Positions 51,267-64,000 of a stretch of DNA of 64,000 bases are shown here, piece after piece (the stretch's first letter is position 1; each line of letters opens with the position of its first letter). Location: positions 9,796,001-9,860,000 of the forward strand of contig OZ004614.1 in the NCBI GenBank assembly GCA_963924565.1. Direction: 5' to 3'. The notes under the pieces are model-generated. The model saw only the letters and a program-made list of their open reading frames with translations, was not told the DNA's origin and searched no databases. Source of the stretch: Ascidiella aspersa. Taxonomy: Eukaryota. The position numbers and the translations under genes were made by a program.

Positions 51267-51982
51267 TAATATATTATGCATAACGTTTCTGACTTGACTA
51301 TAACATTGTCGGACTATACTCATGTCATTTAGCAGACGTTTAAGTCGACATTTGTCTCCAAAGGTCAAGGATATTTCGAACATCGCACATTAAGTGCAAC
51401 GTATACATTTTCATGTTAACCTGTTAAACAGGCTGTGCGCGTTTTCTCAGTAGTTGTTTAACGTAAGTATATTGTGTGGGAAATGATAACGTGGCCAACA
51501 ATGCTTGACAAGCATAATGGTTTCAAACATCAAACCAATCGAAACAAATAAAACACGGAGTAACGCCTCCAGCGCCTCGCCCCGTTCCATGGACGTACAT
51601 TTCGGGCCAAGGTATCGTCGGTGAGGATCACGACAAAAACGTGGCCGGGACTTGGCGTACCAGTCGTCTCCGCGACCCCGCTAGTACGAGCTGTTTGAAG
51701 CCGCGCCCGTTAAGCCGCAAATCAACGCCCTTCGGCCGATATCGGTGCGGTTTGTTGCCCGACATTCTTACGATCGAAGTCCGCCTTTGCTTAATGCGCG
51801 ATACATCTTGTATTTTGCCTTTTCGTGATGCCAAGTAGGAGTAGTATACACTCGGTTTATTTCACTGCGGATGTGATACTGGTTAAACTATTACGTTTCG
51901 GTCGTGGTTGACAATTAAGAAACGTATTTCGTATACATTGGAAGGTTTTTTTTTCGAAAAAAGTAAACATATATGGTAACTT

Positions 51983-52294
51983 GTTGCACTGAATATGTGA
52001 AAAATAGAAATCACCTTGACCCTTGCAAGATAAATGTCGACCTTAATTCCTGATCAGTAACAGCAAAATAATCTAGCAATTCAGGTCAGACACATTAACC
52101 AGATCTTAAAAGATATATATATATATTTCGCCAACTAAGGCATCGTCAGTAGATCTTAATTCGAATGACGATGCCTTAGTTGGCGAAATATATATAATGA
52201 CGATGCCTTAGTTGGCGAAATATATATATATCTTTTAAGATCTGGTTAATGTGTTTGACCTGAATTGCTAGCTTTGCTAGATTTTTTTTGCTGT
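51983..52294. mobile_element. Young Penelope-like inverted pseudo-LTR insertion with hammerhead motifs and 13-bp TSD
   Basis: About 90-bp near-perfect inverted arms; CTGACGA-t-gcc/ttagtt/ggc-GAAA (minus 52149-52126); direct repeat tatatggtaactt at 51970-51982 and 52295-52307. Confidence 0.75.
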
Positions 52295-55200
52295 TATATG
52301 GTAACTTAGATTAAACTTAAAACCAATTTAACATAACCGTAATGAAACTCACATTGATCTTCGATTACGCGAAGCAAATTTTAGCTTGATAACCTGAAAA
52401 TATTGCCTTCAGAGGTTATAATTTTATTTAATTACAGTAATAATGTCATTTTGTATCGGATCAGACGACGTTGCTTAACTATCGGGTATCGGATGAAAAT
52501 AAAATCGAAAATACTTTAAAGGAACTTAACTCGATCGGGTAACGAGTATAGAGCGATTTCTGGATGAGTATACCATAGGTCAGAGTACTGGTTATGTTCG
52601 TTTGCGGAAATGTGAGTTTTTAAATATAAGAAAAATGTTTTTAAACAGTTTAGTTTAATGCTTGATTATTTGACTGTGCGACACAACAACATTTCGGCTA
52701 CACTCATTTTGCTTTAGATATATAGCAATGTTTTCCGAGTATAGATCGATCGTTTTATGCCCGTCCGTATTTTGCAGATTTACTCTGATCGACAGAGAGT
52801 TCAAAAATAGCGATAGCCTACTCGCCTTTCGCAGGTCGCACCAACATACGTGTTAAGTTGGAACAGTTTTAGCTCGCGTGCAATGGAGGTGTGTTTCAAA
52901 GTTGGGCTGGGCAGCGATTAAAACTGATTGAGCCCGTTTCCGCAATAAAACGCCCAAAGCGAAAAGCCCACCATGAGCAGTAAAACAGCATTTATTGTTA
53001 AACACGTGCAGGCCATTTCCATCTGAGCTGGGTACACCAAAGGGTCGCGACCTCTCACAGTGATGCAAGCTTAATCGAGCACCGGGTGATTAATGGATTT
53101 TAACTGCATTGTGCAAATTGCATTTCGCCGCCTCCCCCTTACTCTTTTTTTGCACATCTTTCGCTTACTGTGTATGTAATATTTGGCATCGAAAGTCAAT
53201 TTAAACTTAGGGCGTGTAAATGAAACAACTCCACTTAAATGTTTCCCAAGAGCTAACCGTATAAAGTAAACATAGTTGTGTTTCATCTGCCATTCTTAAA
53301 AGAAGATAAGTACCGTCAACAAGAAAAATCCAAGCCCTATTCCTGTAAACCAGTGGTTTGCAGCTTTGTAAGGCTTTTCGGAAAAGTTTTGGACTCGCGG
53401 CGCTTCTAGAAATAGGAAATTTACTTATTTTCACGACATATTACACCAAAGCCAATTTATTAATTTGTTTGCACATTTGGAAAATATCACGATCAATTTC
53501 TCAATCCTTTCATAACTTGCATGCAAATGCTTTATTAAGTTACGGCGAGTGGCACTATCAATAGTTGACTGTATATGGCCAACCATTTAGACAGAAACGA
53601 ACTGTGAATTTACACAGACTAAATCCTGGTAAGCTAGTCCCTTTTACAGGCTTCGGAAAATAGCAAGGGCGTGGATCGCCGGTTTGACGTCAAAATTCCA
53701 ACTTTGTAGGCAAGTTTTCTTCCGGTCGTGTGATATCACCAATAAACCATCACACGCCCATCTTCGCTTAGAACCCTCGCATTTTCCGCATTCCATCTCC
53801 TTAATTGAACTGTCGTGTCGTGGGTTCGGGCGTTTATTAGCGGCGGCAAATGCCAGTTCCGTGCCGGGCCGTGATTTGCAGCTGTTGCGAAATTGTGCAA
53901 AGTTCGTGTTCAAATATTCGTGCAGTGATCGTAACACCCGGTGCTGTAGTTATGCGGCGGGTGCAGCGAACGATAACATACGAAATGTGAATGGTTTAAA
54001 TTTCCGACAAAAGTATAGTACTTTTTATTACGTGCCAGTATTTACCTCTTGTGCAAATCCAATTTACAGATAATGACTAATTTAATCAATTTGATTTGAG
54101 GAATTGGGCCTGGTTGGCTGTCTCCAGACGTGTAAGTTCTTGTAACATCATATGCGGTGTTAGCCAAGTAGGCCTAATTGATAAAAAAAACTATTAAATT
54201 TGCCAGCTATCGACTTCTATCACATTATATACTGTTACTGATACTTTAGATTAATTATTAAATGGTATTCAGTTGGTCTATGTTAGTGTTGGTGTCTCGT
54301 AGTTTGGTGCCGAGCGCTTTAAACAACGATTTTTTTTCTTGCATTGAAATAGAGACGCCGGTTTTTAGAAACTAATTATAGTTTTCGTTCTAAATCTTTT
54401 TGTGGTTTACTGTAACTCTTGTAAGTCCAGCCTGAGTGTGAAAATTATGATTCACCCATAATAAATAAATGTAAAAAAGCCGTTTTCCGTAAATATATTA
54501 AACGGCTAAACGACCAAGCAAGTTGTTTTCTCACATCAGCTCAAAACACGCGAACGCCCGCTAATCACATGTTGATTGCTGACGAGTCCAATTTTATCGC
54601 CTTTGGCATTTCGCACCAACACATTCGTTGGGTTAACACTGTGTGTGGGCTGACTTAGCTATACGGAGTAGTGTCTAGACTTGTGTAAAATATTAGACGC
54701 TACCTAATTTTACGATATTACTGTGATCATTAGTTGTTATTTTTCACATGCGTAGGGTTATCATTAGTTGTTATTTTTCACATGCGAAGGGCCTAAACTC
54801 TTTTTTTCATGTTATTAGGTTTCCGTGGACCAGGGACGGCAGTTTTTTAGAGATGACGACATAAAGGAAGTAGATTTAGGAAACCTGCTGTTTTCAGTCC
54901 AACAAATGTGAAACTTGAATTCGGTCTAAACACTGTAAAGGAGAAGGCGCCAAAACATTTTTTAACTAACTATTTTATTTAAAAAAAATTATTCAATTTT
55001 TCAAGTTAAACACCAATATATACATTGAGCTCTTTCATGGACACTCTAAAATCAGTAACCATTTGTGAGTACGTGGACCCTAGTTTAAGACCCAGCATAT
55101 AAACTATATGCATCAAAGTAGAAGTAAAAAATATTCTTGCAACGTAATAGATAAAATTTTATTTCTAAATAGGACCACACCATCCTGATTTGAATTTATA

Positions 55201-58016
55201 CAGAGAATGGAAAATCTGTCCGCAAATTGCTAAACAGTGCCCATCTGGCCGCGAAATAGTGATATATGTGAGGTGTAAGCGTTGTACACATACGCCAACC
55301 ACTCTATAGCGCCTCTGGAGGTTAAAAGTTTAAAACCCTTGGCTTATTCCTCGTTCAAAAAAACAGCAAGTTGTGACAGTATGGGCGACTGTGCATAAAG
55401 TTATATTCTTCTAAACGACGCTATGCATAAAACTATGGTAAAAGTTAGAATAGGTTTTACGTACAAGAACAAACCAAACAACAACAGGATTGTAAAACAC
55501 ACTAGATGCAAAACGATTTATGCAAATAAAAGTAATTCTATTTAAAATTGCCTCGCATTTGGAAACACGATAAATTTCCATAATGGCACCAATTTCTGCG
55601 TTTTTATAAATTAGTTTTTAGGTCACGACATGTACAAATAGAAACCGAATAGCTGAATTTACTGCATTTCCATAGACAATTAATCTCAAAAGTGGTTCGT
55701 TTGACATTTCGTCTTTATGTGCTTCAAATTGAATGTGATTTGTTGAGACAAAGACACGCAAAACACTTTTTACCCTCTATCACCAAACACAATAATAAAA
55801 TACATATCTACAAAAATATAAATAGAGGTTTGTCTGTTAAAAGCAATAACAGGTATTATCGTATCGGCGTCAACAACCGATACCAGGCCGTAGCTATAAT
55901 CGTGTGATAATTTTGTTGTATCGTTGCCAGTCTGATGCTTGAATACTTAGAGTTATGGATACTTATTCGATAATAAATTTGTTTAGAGGTTTTAACCACA
56001 TTTAAGTGATTCATCAAAACGTTTCCTTCTTAGAAAAACAAAAATACACAACAAAAAATATGTCGTCAATCTAGGACAAAAAAACTTTTCAAAAGTATTT
56101 TTTTAGTTTTTATCTTTTGATCACGATAACAAAATATTAGTAAATAAAAAACTGTTAGTCGCAAACAACACATATCGATATGGAAATAAACTATTAAAGC
56201 ATCATAATCGGACATTATACACGCTATGGAAGAACAAACTAACGTTATATAGAGTTCCTAATGACGATGCAACTTAAGAGCAACATTAGAATGAATGACG
56301 AAACACCACATTATAGTACGCGTTGGTTTTCCACAACGAAAACAAAGGAAAAAAGCGGTTCAACACAAGTTTGGATAATAAAAGTGCCTTTGGCGAATTA
56401 ATTATGCAAGAGTTAAATTGATGGAAAACGGATATGAAATTAACAACATGTTGTACGAAAAAACAAAAAACTTGCGCCAATATTTGGATGACATACGGAT
56501 TCGTACTATAAAGTTTTTACCGCGTTGCTAAAATAACCACCAGTGAAATGTGTTTGGCCGAGGGTTAATCAATATATTCGTGGGTTGATGATTTCCGAAT
56601 ATAAACGAACAACAATATCGTTAATAGATTTAATCAAAGTGACTCACGTAGTTAATTAAAGAACACAATAACAGGTTGATCGAATACAGTTTGTAATCAA
56701 CAGTGATTTTCAATAAAATACAACAATTAAATTAAAAGGACCTGACAAATAGTTTAGTTTTAATCTTTACGTGTTTTATAAAAACACTTTTTGGCCATTG
56801 TGGTTAATTTCGATCATATAGGTAAAATGATGGATAATTTTAGTTGGGCGACCACTTTGTTACATATTATAATAAAAAAATTTCCCAAATATTATAGTCA
56901 AATAAACTTTTTAGTCCTAAAAGCTTATTAAAGCGACCAAAGTACAATGTCGGCATTTAAAGGTTTGCAAAAAATAACAAATTAGAGGTTGGCGTTAGTA
57001 TTTCAAATACTGCGATTAATAATTACCATTAAACACCCTCTTCTGAAACACACCAAAACTGTTGCGATGCTTTTAGGATTAAATACCACCAATCGTGTTT
57101 TCAACGCTAGCGCGGCGAAATGCCAAACCGGTTTCAAAGTAAAACGCACTCTGCGGAAAACTGAAAAAAAAGCTGGCGCAGTAGCAAGATTGGCAAAGCG
57201 TTCCATTCATAAAAGTAGGAAGAGAATTTTCGGCTCTCTGCGCGTAAACGAACGAATTATTTTAAAGTTTGGCGCGATTTTTGAAAAGGTGTCTTAAACC
57301 TGCTATGTAGCATCTCACAATATACTTCTGCAACTGCAGCAGAATATCATCGGTTTTAAAATCTATAAGCCTAAAAACCACAAGCAGTTAATAAGTTGAT
57401 TTTTTGGGCCTTCTACTCAACTAGTAAAACTTACAGATACTTGCCACAATGATAGAGAAGCGGTATGGATTTATGTTTGTCTTTAAAGTGCAGACCAGGC
57501 AATCATTTTTGACATGAGAAAAAAATTGCCCCGAGAAAAAAGACGGGACAAAAAAAGGATCTGAAATACATATACGATTGAAGTGGTTCCAATTTCACTG
57601 AAAGTAGTAAATATCACTATGTTGACAAGCTGGAAAGATTAGGGAAAATTATGATTGCCTTACAGGTTTAGTTTCTTTTTTTAATGAAAACAAGGATTTA
57701 ATTGCTTAGCGTAACAGAACCGATCCGCGGGTAGTAATTTGCCTAGGTCTGGTCTAGGCACGGTGTCATGGAGTTTCGTCGCCCAAAATAGACCAATACT
57801 CAATTTTTGACGTATCTCGATGCCATTTTAAAAAATCATCGCTAAAAAAATACAAAGACGTATCTGCTACACACACAAGAAAACACAGCGCTACAGTGTC
57901 GGGCGATTTCATTCTTAAAACAAAAACAATCACGTTTTTTAGGCGAAGGGTCGCGGACCGTTGCAACTTTGCGGAGAGCGTTGCTTCCGCGCCAAAGCGG
58001 ACTCGGCCTTTTTCCG

Positions 58017-58154
58017 CTACGTGGACTGCACCTTGTTGATTTCCCAGCGCTGCGTGCTCTTGCTCGGATCGCAAGCCGACAGGAAAACGTTGTGCGTAAG
58101 CTCGCCGCGGTCCAGGCACTTGTTGGTCGGCGTGTGCACGAGCGTCTTGGTGTC
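58017..58154 (-). CDS. GALNT7: GALNT7 last coding exon
   Basis: tag|DTKTLVHTPTNKCLDRGELTHNVFLSACDPSKSTQRWEINKVQST*. Confidence 0.93.
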   Translation of the reverse strand, partial: DTKTLVHTPTNKCLDRGELTHNVFLSACDPSKSTQRWEINKVQST

Positions 58155-61100
58155 CTAGCGGGCGACAAATGAAAAAATAAGCGCCGTTAGACGTCGCACG
58201 AGAGCGGTTAGGTGAATCTTAAGACGGTGCGACATTGACATGGGCGAACTTGGCGCACCGAGACTTTTTGAGGGCAATATCTCCGTTGTGCTGCTAAATA
58301 AGTCCCTGAATAGGCTTTAGCAATCCAGCAAACATGCTTTTAGCGAAAAATATTAATATTCATGCCAATACAAGGAATGTATAAAATGTCAGCTTATTAG
58401 CGGCACAACTTTCGGAGATATTGCCCCAAAAAAATCTCCGCGCGCCAAGTTCGCCCAGGTATGATATTGCTGGGTAGAGATGCCGAAAATATCGGATCGG
58501 AGCCCGATGCCAAGTGTGGTAGTATCGGAACACGCCCGATACTAGGCTGGCATTAAGGCCGATACCAAATTAAAATATAATTATGGGTCATGATTGTGGG
58601 GTTTAACACAGTAAAACGTAAATTTATCAATAAATAGTCGGCAAAAAGTCTGGGTAACTTAACTTCTTAGATCTAAAGCAAAGTTTGGCCTAAAAACTGG
58701 AAAAAATAACCAAAGAGTTAAATTTTATATATTTTGTTTGTTTGAACATAATTAATAATGACGTCATTTGATATTGAATCGGATCGCGATAATTTTTGTC
58801 CACAATATCGGGTATCGGAGTAAAATGTAAAGTATCAGACATCTCTATAGGTAAAGTTGCGAGTTCCAATCTCACCAGGCTATTCTTTTGGACAAAGTAC
58901 CTTACCGCCAGTTGACGTCGGAGTGTAGGTGTCGGGTTTAACAACACTTTGCGGATTCGTTGCAAGATTTCTTACCGTCATTAGTGCAATGTAGTGCTTT
59001 ATACCTGTTTTTGGTCGGCATACGCAACTATATTTGATGATACATCAACCAAGTTCAGTAACTCGAAAAACTAGGAATGTCCGATAATAACATACGCGAT
59101 ACCAAGTGTTATTTTATTGCTAATCGTTCGATAGTCGGGTGGTATCGGCACAGATTGCAAACAAATTGGTCCATTAGAGTCATGTTTTGGGATCCAACGT
59201 ATAGTTCTGTATGTAAAAACGTAGGTTTCTGAGAAAATTGTACAATAAAGTCAAATTTTGGCGCAAGATACTGAAAACCATTACAATTGCACTTTGTACA
59301 TTTGATCAATTTTGTTTGCCTACAGCAGTGGTTCTCAACTGGGGTGCCGCGGCATGCTTGGGTGCCATTTTTAATGCTTAAGGGTCCAAAAGATATCTGA
59401 GACCTTTTAGAATCTAATTGTTGCTAACTTTTTTGTAAAGATTAGGGTAGAAAAAATCCAATTATAACTTCCTGCGTTGTGTAGAGCTAATGTGTTCTGC
59501 GCAAGTTCCGGTTATTGTTACATTAAGAGAATTACCTACGAAAAAATCTTGTAGAGCAGGGGTGCTGAAATCTATTTGTTATTTCTGAGGGGTGCCGCCA
59601 GCCATAAAAGGTTGAGAAACACTGGCCTATAGTTATGACGTCATTTAGTGTCAACTCGGATTGCGATACTTTTCGCACAAAACATCACGTACCAGACTCG
59701 GAAAAAAGACTATCAAGTTAAAACAACTTAAACAACGACGACTTACCAGCCTGTGATCCCATTCCCGGTTCGACTGGGTGTCGCAGTGCACCAAGGTAAT
59801 AGCGCCACGCTGGGTCGTCACACACTGGTCGTACTGCGCCAGCTGGTTGGCTTCACTCAGTCGGAAGAGCTGGTTGCCGCCCATTCGGTGACAGTAGCCG
59901 ATTTCTAGCGCCCCGTCGCCGTTCTTGTGTCCCATACTGTCCAGGCACTGTGGCTGCTTCGAATCGACCGTACGGACCTGTAGATAAAGGATTTGTGTAA
60001 AATTTAAGGGTGCCGGTTATAACGGTTCGAAGCCTATACTACACGCCAAGTGTATACTTGTCAGTGTGGTAAACAAGTCATTTTGAAATGACTTGTTTAC
60101 ACCCAGTCGAGTCATTTGTAAGTCCAAGTCAAGACATTTTATTAAAACAAGCCTAACGAACACTACATTTCAACCTAAGTCATTTGTGCAAAATACTCAA
60201 GTTAAATCAAGTCATTTGTTTAAAAGACTTAAGGTCAAGTCTAAGTCATTACAACACTGGTACCGCTACTTGTCCGATAGTAAATTAATCTATTTATTTT
60301 CAGCCTCGATTGCGATCAAACTTAAGCCTTAAGTAGTGCCATAGAGTCCTTAATTTCTCATTCGACGTTTTTGAGAAATATCCAAACAAAACAAAATAGT
60401 ATAAATGTTATGGTGAACACAGTATCAATCGTAAAATAAAAGTTTTACAAAGGCACTTTCGAAACACATAACTTAAGCCGAACATAAAATAAACCCAAGG
60501 ACTTTGGAAAAACCAAAAGGATTTTGTGCAAATTAATTAAAAATACAATCAAGGGTGTTTAAAGATTTAAAGATATTGTGGCAACCTTATAAAACACTGT
60601 CAGGTTCACCTTACATGGGTGTTAAATATAGGTGGTGATATTAAGGTGGTTATTTTGCTTTTCAAGATACTATATCGACGTTGACTCGGAAACATGCAAT
60701 AGAGTCGCGAACGTGCGGAGTACCACGTGACGTGACGTGACCTGACGTTGCTTGACGTCACCGGAAACGGTCACGTGACCAACTTTTCCGGCCAGTACGC
60801 GCACGTTTCGGACACGGGTTGGGAGCTGCTTAGTTATGGGAGTGTTTCCGTTTCACAAGTCACTGACCAGTTCAAACGGTCATTCCGGAAAATATCAAAC
60901 TCGCTTTTCTGTGTGATTTTTCCACATTGTATGAATTTTTTGAAGGCCTCTTTTAAAAGCTTCTGGATTTTTTACATCTTCAGTGAACATTGCCGAAAAC
61001 GGTAGCTTTTAACTTTTTAGTTTCGCAGGGCAAGTTTGGCTCCATAGTTGAGGTATACAAAAAACGCGCAGTTGTATGCTTTTATTTGGCTTTGATGTCA

Positions 61101-63763
61101 TCTATTCAAAGTTACGTCACCAGCCCACAATTTATATTCGAAAAATATGTTTCTGAAATAAAAAATTGCAAAAAAACTCTTGCCGCAAGCGACACGTGGT
61201 ATTTTGGTTTTGCATATGGCTTAAAAATAAAGAATTGCAACTAAACGTGGCAATTTTTCAGGAAGTTCTTCAAATTATTTAAAATTTTCTTATTACAAAC
61301 TTGACACCGTAATCACGAAGCAAATCTAACAATGTTTACTTTTCAACTGCTATTTCTGTTTTTCACTTGGAATGCACGGAAATTAGCTGAATATTTGTGG
61401 CGATTGCGAACAATTGAAGGTATATACATTTCTTTTTTAGGTAAATAAACCATTCATAACATATGTGAGTCTCAAGTAGTTCTAATTCCTTATCTTTTCA
61501 CGTTTTATATTGACACATTTTATAATTAGTTTCCTTCCAGACTCATACATTTTTCACATCACTTAGATTTGTAGTAAATCTTGGTAGATGAGAAGACAGT
61601 CAGGTTTGGGAAGGCATTCAAAATTGCCTCTAAACTTTCAAGCCCCCTTTGTGTCGCAGACAGCCCACTGTTTTACGTCTACCACGTCTACCTATTATTG
61701 TGTCTACTTGGTAGGGCCTTCACTTGCATATTATAAAACAAGAAAGTGGTAAAAATTCTTCACCTCTCCCCATTCTTTGTTCTTTGGAGGAAGCGGAAAT
61801 CTCTCGACAACGTCGTAGGCGATGTTCTCCATGAACCACTTGAAGCTCTTGCAATTGTGGTCCTGCCTGTACTTCACCTGTTGTGCAGTATGTATAAGTT
61901 AAAGATTATTTTCTACGCTTTTTATTATATCTGTTTATATTTTTATATAATTTCTATCGTTGGCCTTTGCTTTACAAGGCAAACTATGAAGTCAATATTA
62001 TGAAGTGAATGTAATGTTTATAAAATAAGTTTATTTTCACGCAGGGCATTTTAATGAAGAAACTCTATGTGTCCTTTTTTACAATAAAAAAAAAACATTT
62101 TTTAAATTCCTCATTGTGCAGAAACTTAGAAAATTAACACAAATTTAGCTGTTTCCAAATCAATTTCCGTTTCAATTAAGTGGGTGCTTTAACTACTACG
62201 AAACGAAGATAACTCGTATTCCAAAATTGCACATTATTCCCTGCCGACACTTGATCACGACTACAATGGGCCCATGGGCGCGTCGCGTATATTCAAGAAT
62301 CTTTTTTTTACAATCACAATTAAGAGAACGAATACACGGAGTATTGGATCACGTATACACACAACAATGGAAAAGCGAGCATCTAAAATGATAAGATCAT
62401 CAATCTGCAAGGTTTTTATACAACCATATCAAACAATCAACCCAACCCGTAATCATGTACAACACCCTTAAATTGATGGTAAAGAGGCGACGCGCTCAGT
62501 CGAGTCATGTTAGTGATACGGCGCTAAAAATAACCGACCGTATCTGCCTCGGCCAGAGCCAGGCATTTGACGTCATTGTGATTGTGAAGTGACGTAACAA
62601 ACTTGAAAAGAGGTCATCGAGAGTCGTTTGACAAAATAAAAGGAATGCTTGGGTGTCTTTGCTTCAAAAAGAAATTGCAGCGGTGGAAGACTTTTGTTTT
62701 TCACTTCACATTGTTTCACACTTCTTTAGTAATTTAGAGTTATTTGGCAGTTGTAAATACGTTGTATAACCATTTGATATCAAAATACGTGGTAGTTTGG
62801 AAAGTATCAGGTTTCTTTAATACGACATTTTTCATTCATTATTAGACGTACAATGCGCTGTAATTTGTTCACCTCTGTATTTAGATAACCCGGTATACAG
62901 GTTTCGAAAACAAGTTTATCGTCTTCAAGAAGTCAAAAAATAGGCATATTGATTTGGGCGAAACAAGTGTGTCTGGTCAATTATACATACCAACTAGATT
63001 AAAGTTACTGAGAAAATATTTTGGTATGATCCATTCAAATTTGTCATTTCGTAGTGAGGCCAGAGCCACAAAGCAGACGCCGCATTTCGACTCATAGGTG
63101 CTTTTCAAAAATATATAACTCTAGAAGTTCACATATATTTTTTTACTCCAAACTTGTATAATTGAAAAGAAGAATTTTAAATTCGAATAGAAAAAGTAAA
63201 ATTTTGGGGAACAATTATGTTTAGACCCAAATCGGATTAGTTTTTTATTTTAACGAAATTTTTCGCTTTTCGAATATACTAAACCTTGCGCAAGACGGCT
63301 TAGCAGGATTTACTAATAGAGCAAGGGTTCTTAAACTGGGGTCCACAGATCCCTTGAACTATTTTTAGGAGGTTAATGAAAGCCAAAGTGAAATATTAGT
63401 GTATATTGCGGAAGTAATCAATTATTCAAACAAAAGAGTTTCAATAAAAAAACGTTTTAAGTTTTAGCACTGAATGCATTTAGACTCCATTTTACTTAAA
63501 TCATCGGCATATTTCTGAAAGACTTTTGTATTGTGATGTGAATTTAATACGTCATTTTAGAAAATTTCTGTCTACCGTTGTCTACGCGAAGCAAAAAAAA
63601 ATAGGGGCCGCGGTAAAAAAAGTTTAAGAACCCCTGCAATAGATGAACAGAAACGCACCTGTGCAGAGATGTCGCCGAACGGCATGTTGATGGTTTCTGG
63701 CCGACTTGCGTAGAAGTACTCCTTGTATTCATCCCACCATACTTCAACCACGCGGATGTAGTT
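58017..63763 (-). CDS. GALNT7: Polypeptide N-acetylgalactosaminyltransferase 7-like, last four coding exons: 63763-63659, 61877-61764, 59977-59747, 58154-58017
   Basis: Phase-0 joins give NYIRVVEVWWDEYKEYFYASRPE...HNCKSFKWFMENIAYD...PLPPKN..WGE, then the ricin-B lectin domain CLDSMG...CHRMGGNQLFR...QYDQC...KCLDR...QRWE. These motifs match the vertebrate GALNT7 C-terminus as I recall it. The gene continues beyond the window end. Confidence 0.95.
58238..58460. mobile_element. MITE with about 70-bp TIRs in the last GALNT7 intron
   Basis: tgggcgaacttggcgc...gggcaatatctccg...ttgtgc.gcta.ataag is mirrored at the right end. Confidence 0.85.
58476..58846. mobile_element. MITE with TAGAGATG termini and ATCGG/CCGAT arrays
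   Basis: tagagatg ... catctcta (Ac-like terminus); repeated atcgg/ccgata motifs. Confidence 0.65.
59326..59624. mobile_element. hAT MITE in GALNT7 intron
   Basis: cagtggttctcaac ... gttgagaaacactg; TSD gcctacag/gcctatag. Confidence 0.88.
59747..59977 (-). CDS. GALNT7: GALNT7 exon (ricin-B lectin domain)
   Basis: cag|VRTVDSKQPQCLDSMGHKNG...CHRMGGNQLFR...REWDHRL|gtaagt. Confidence 0.93.
60062..60259. mobile_element. MITE with CAAGTC arrays (related copy about 2470-2910)
   Basis: cagtgtggtaa ... ttacaacactg termini with repeated caagtc(a); the copy near 2470-2910 ends tcaacactg. Confidence 0.65.
61764..61877 (-). CDS. GALNT7: GALNT7 exon (linker)
   Basis: cag|VKYRQDHNCKSFKWFMENIAYDVVERFPLPPKNKEWGE|gtgaag. 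Confidence 0.93.
63322..63636. mobile_element. hAT MITE in GALNT7 intron
   Basis: caagggttcttaaact ... agtttaagaacccctg; TSD taatagag/caatagat. Confidence 0.82.
63659..63763 (-). CDS. GALNT7: GALNT7 exon (catalytic domain end)
   Basis: tttcag|NYIRVVEVWWDEYKEYFYASRPETINMPFGDISAQ|gtgcgt. Confidence 0.93.
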
Positions 63764-64000
63764 CTGAAACAAAGTTAATTGGTTTGGGAAAAAGTTCGTC
63801 GGCTGTTTTAATGTGTTTGTCCAATGATATTGAATCTGGATGGATTACCTTCTGTCATAGCAATACTATAGTGGTAATTAATCGTCCAATAACATGGTTT
63901 CAACCGTAATCGTTTGATACCATAAAGTTGGAGTAATTCTTTGATATAATGGCAGCAATCCTAACTTTGGAAAGTTAAAATTAATACTTCGATTTCTGTC

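Overview
AT-rich, intron-containing animal genomic DNA, not prokaryotic. Gene content suggests an invertebrate chordate, possibly an ascidian (inference). Three spliced protein-coding genes were rebuilt by hand with GT-AG junctions in consistent phase. (1) The 3' part (TM3-TM7) of a highly atypical EDG/cannabinoid-like class A GPCR (+, 3325-9538). (2) A complete 487-aa secreted protein (-, 31090-22665): signal peptide, two trefoil domains, two copies of an unrecognised Cys/Trp module and a Glu-rich (IEEESP)n tail. (3) The last four coding exons of a GALNT7 orthologue (-, 63763-58017). A fourth cryptic set of four small exons (-, 19377-17920) splices into an open 102-codon frame. About 26 kb (31.5-57.5 kb) shows no convincing exons. 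The window carries many hAT-type MITEs with 8-bp TSDs and three Penelope-type inverted-repeat remnants with minimal hammerhead-ribozyme motifs. Most ORF-track entries are spurious.
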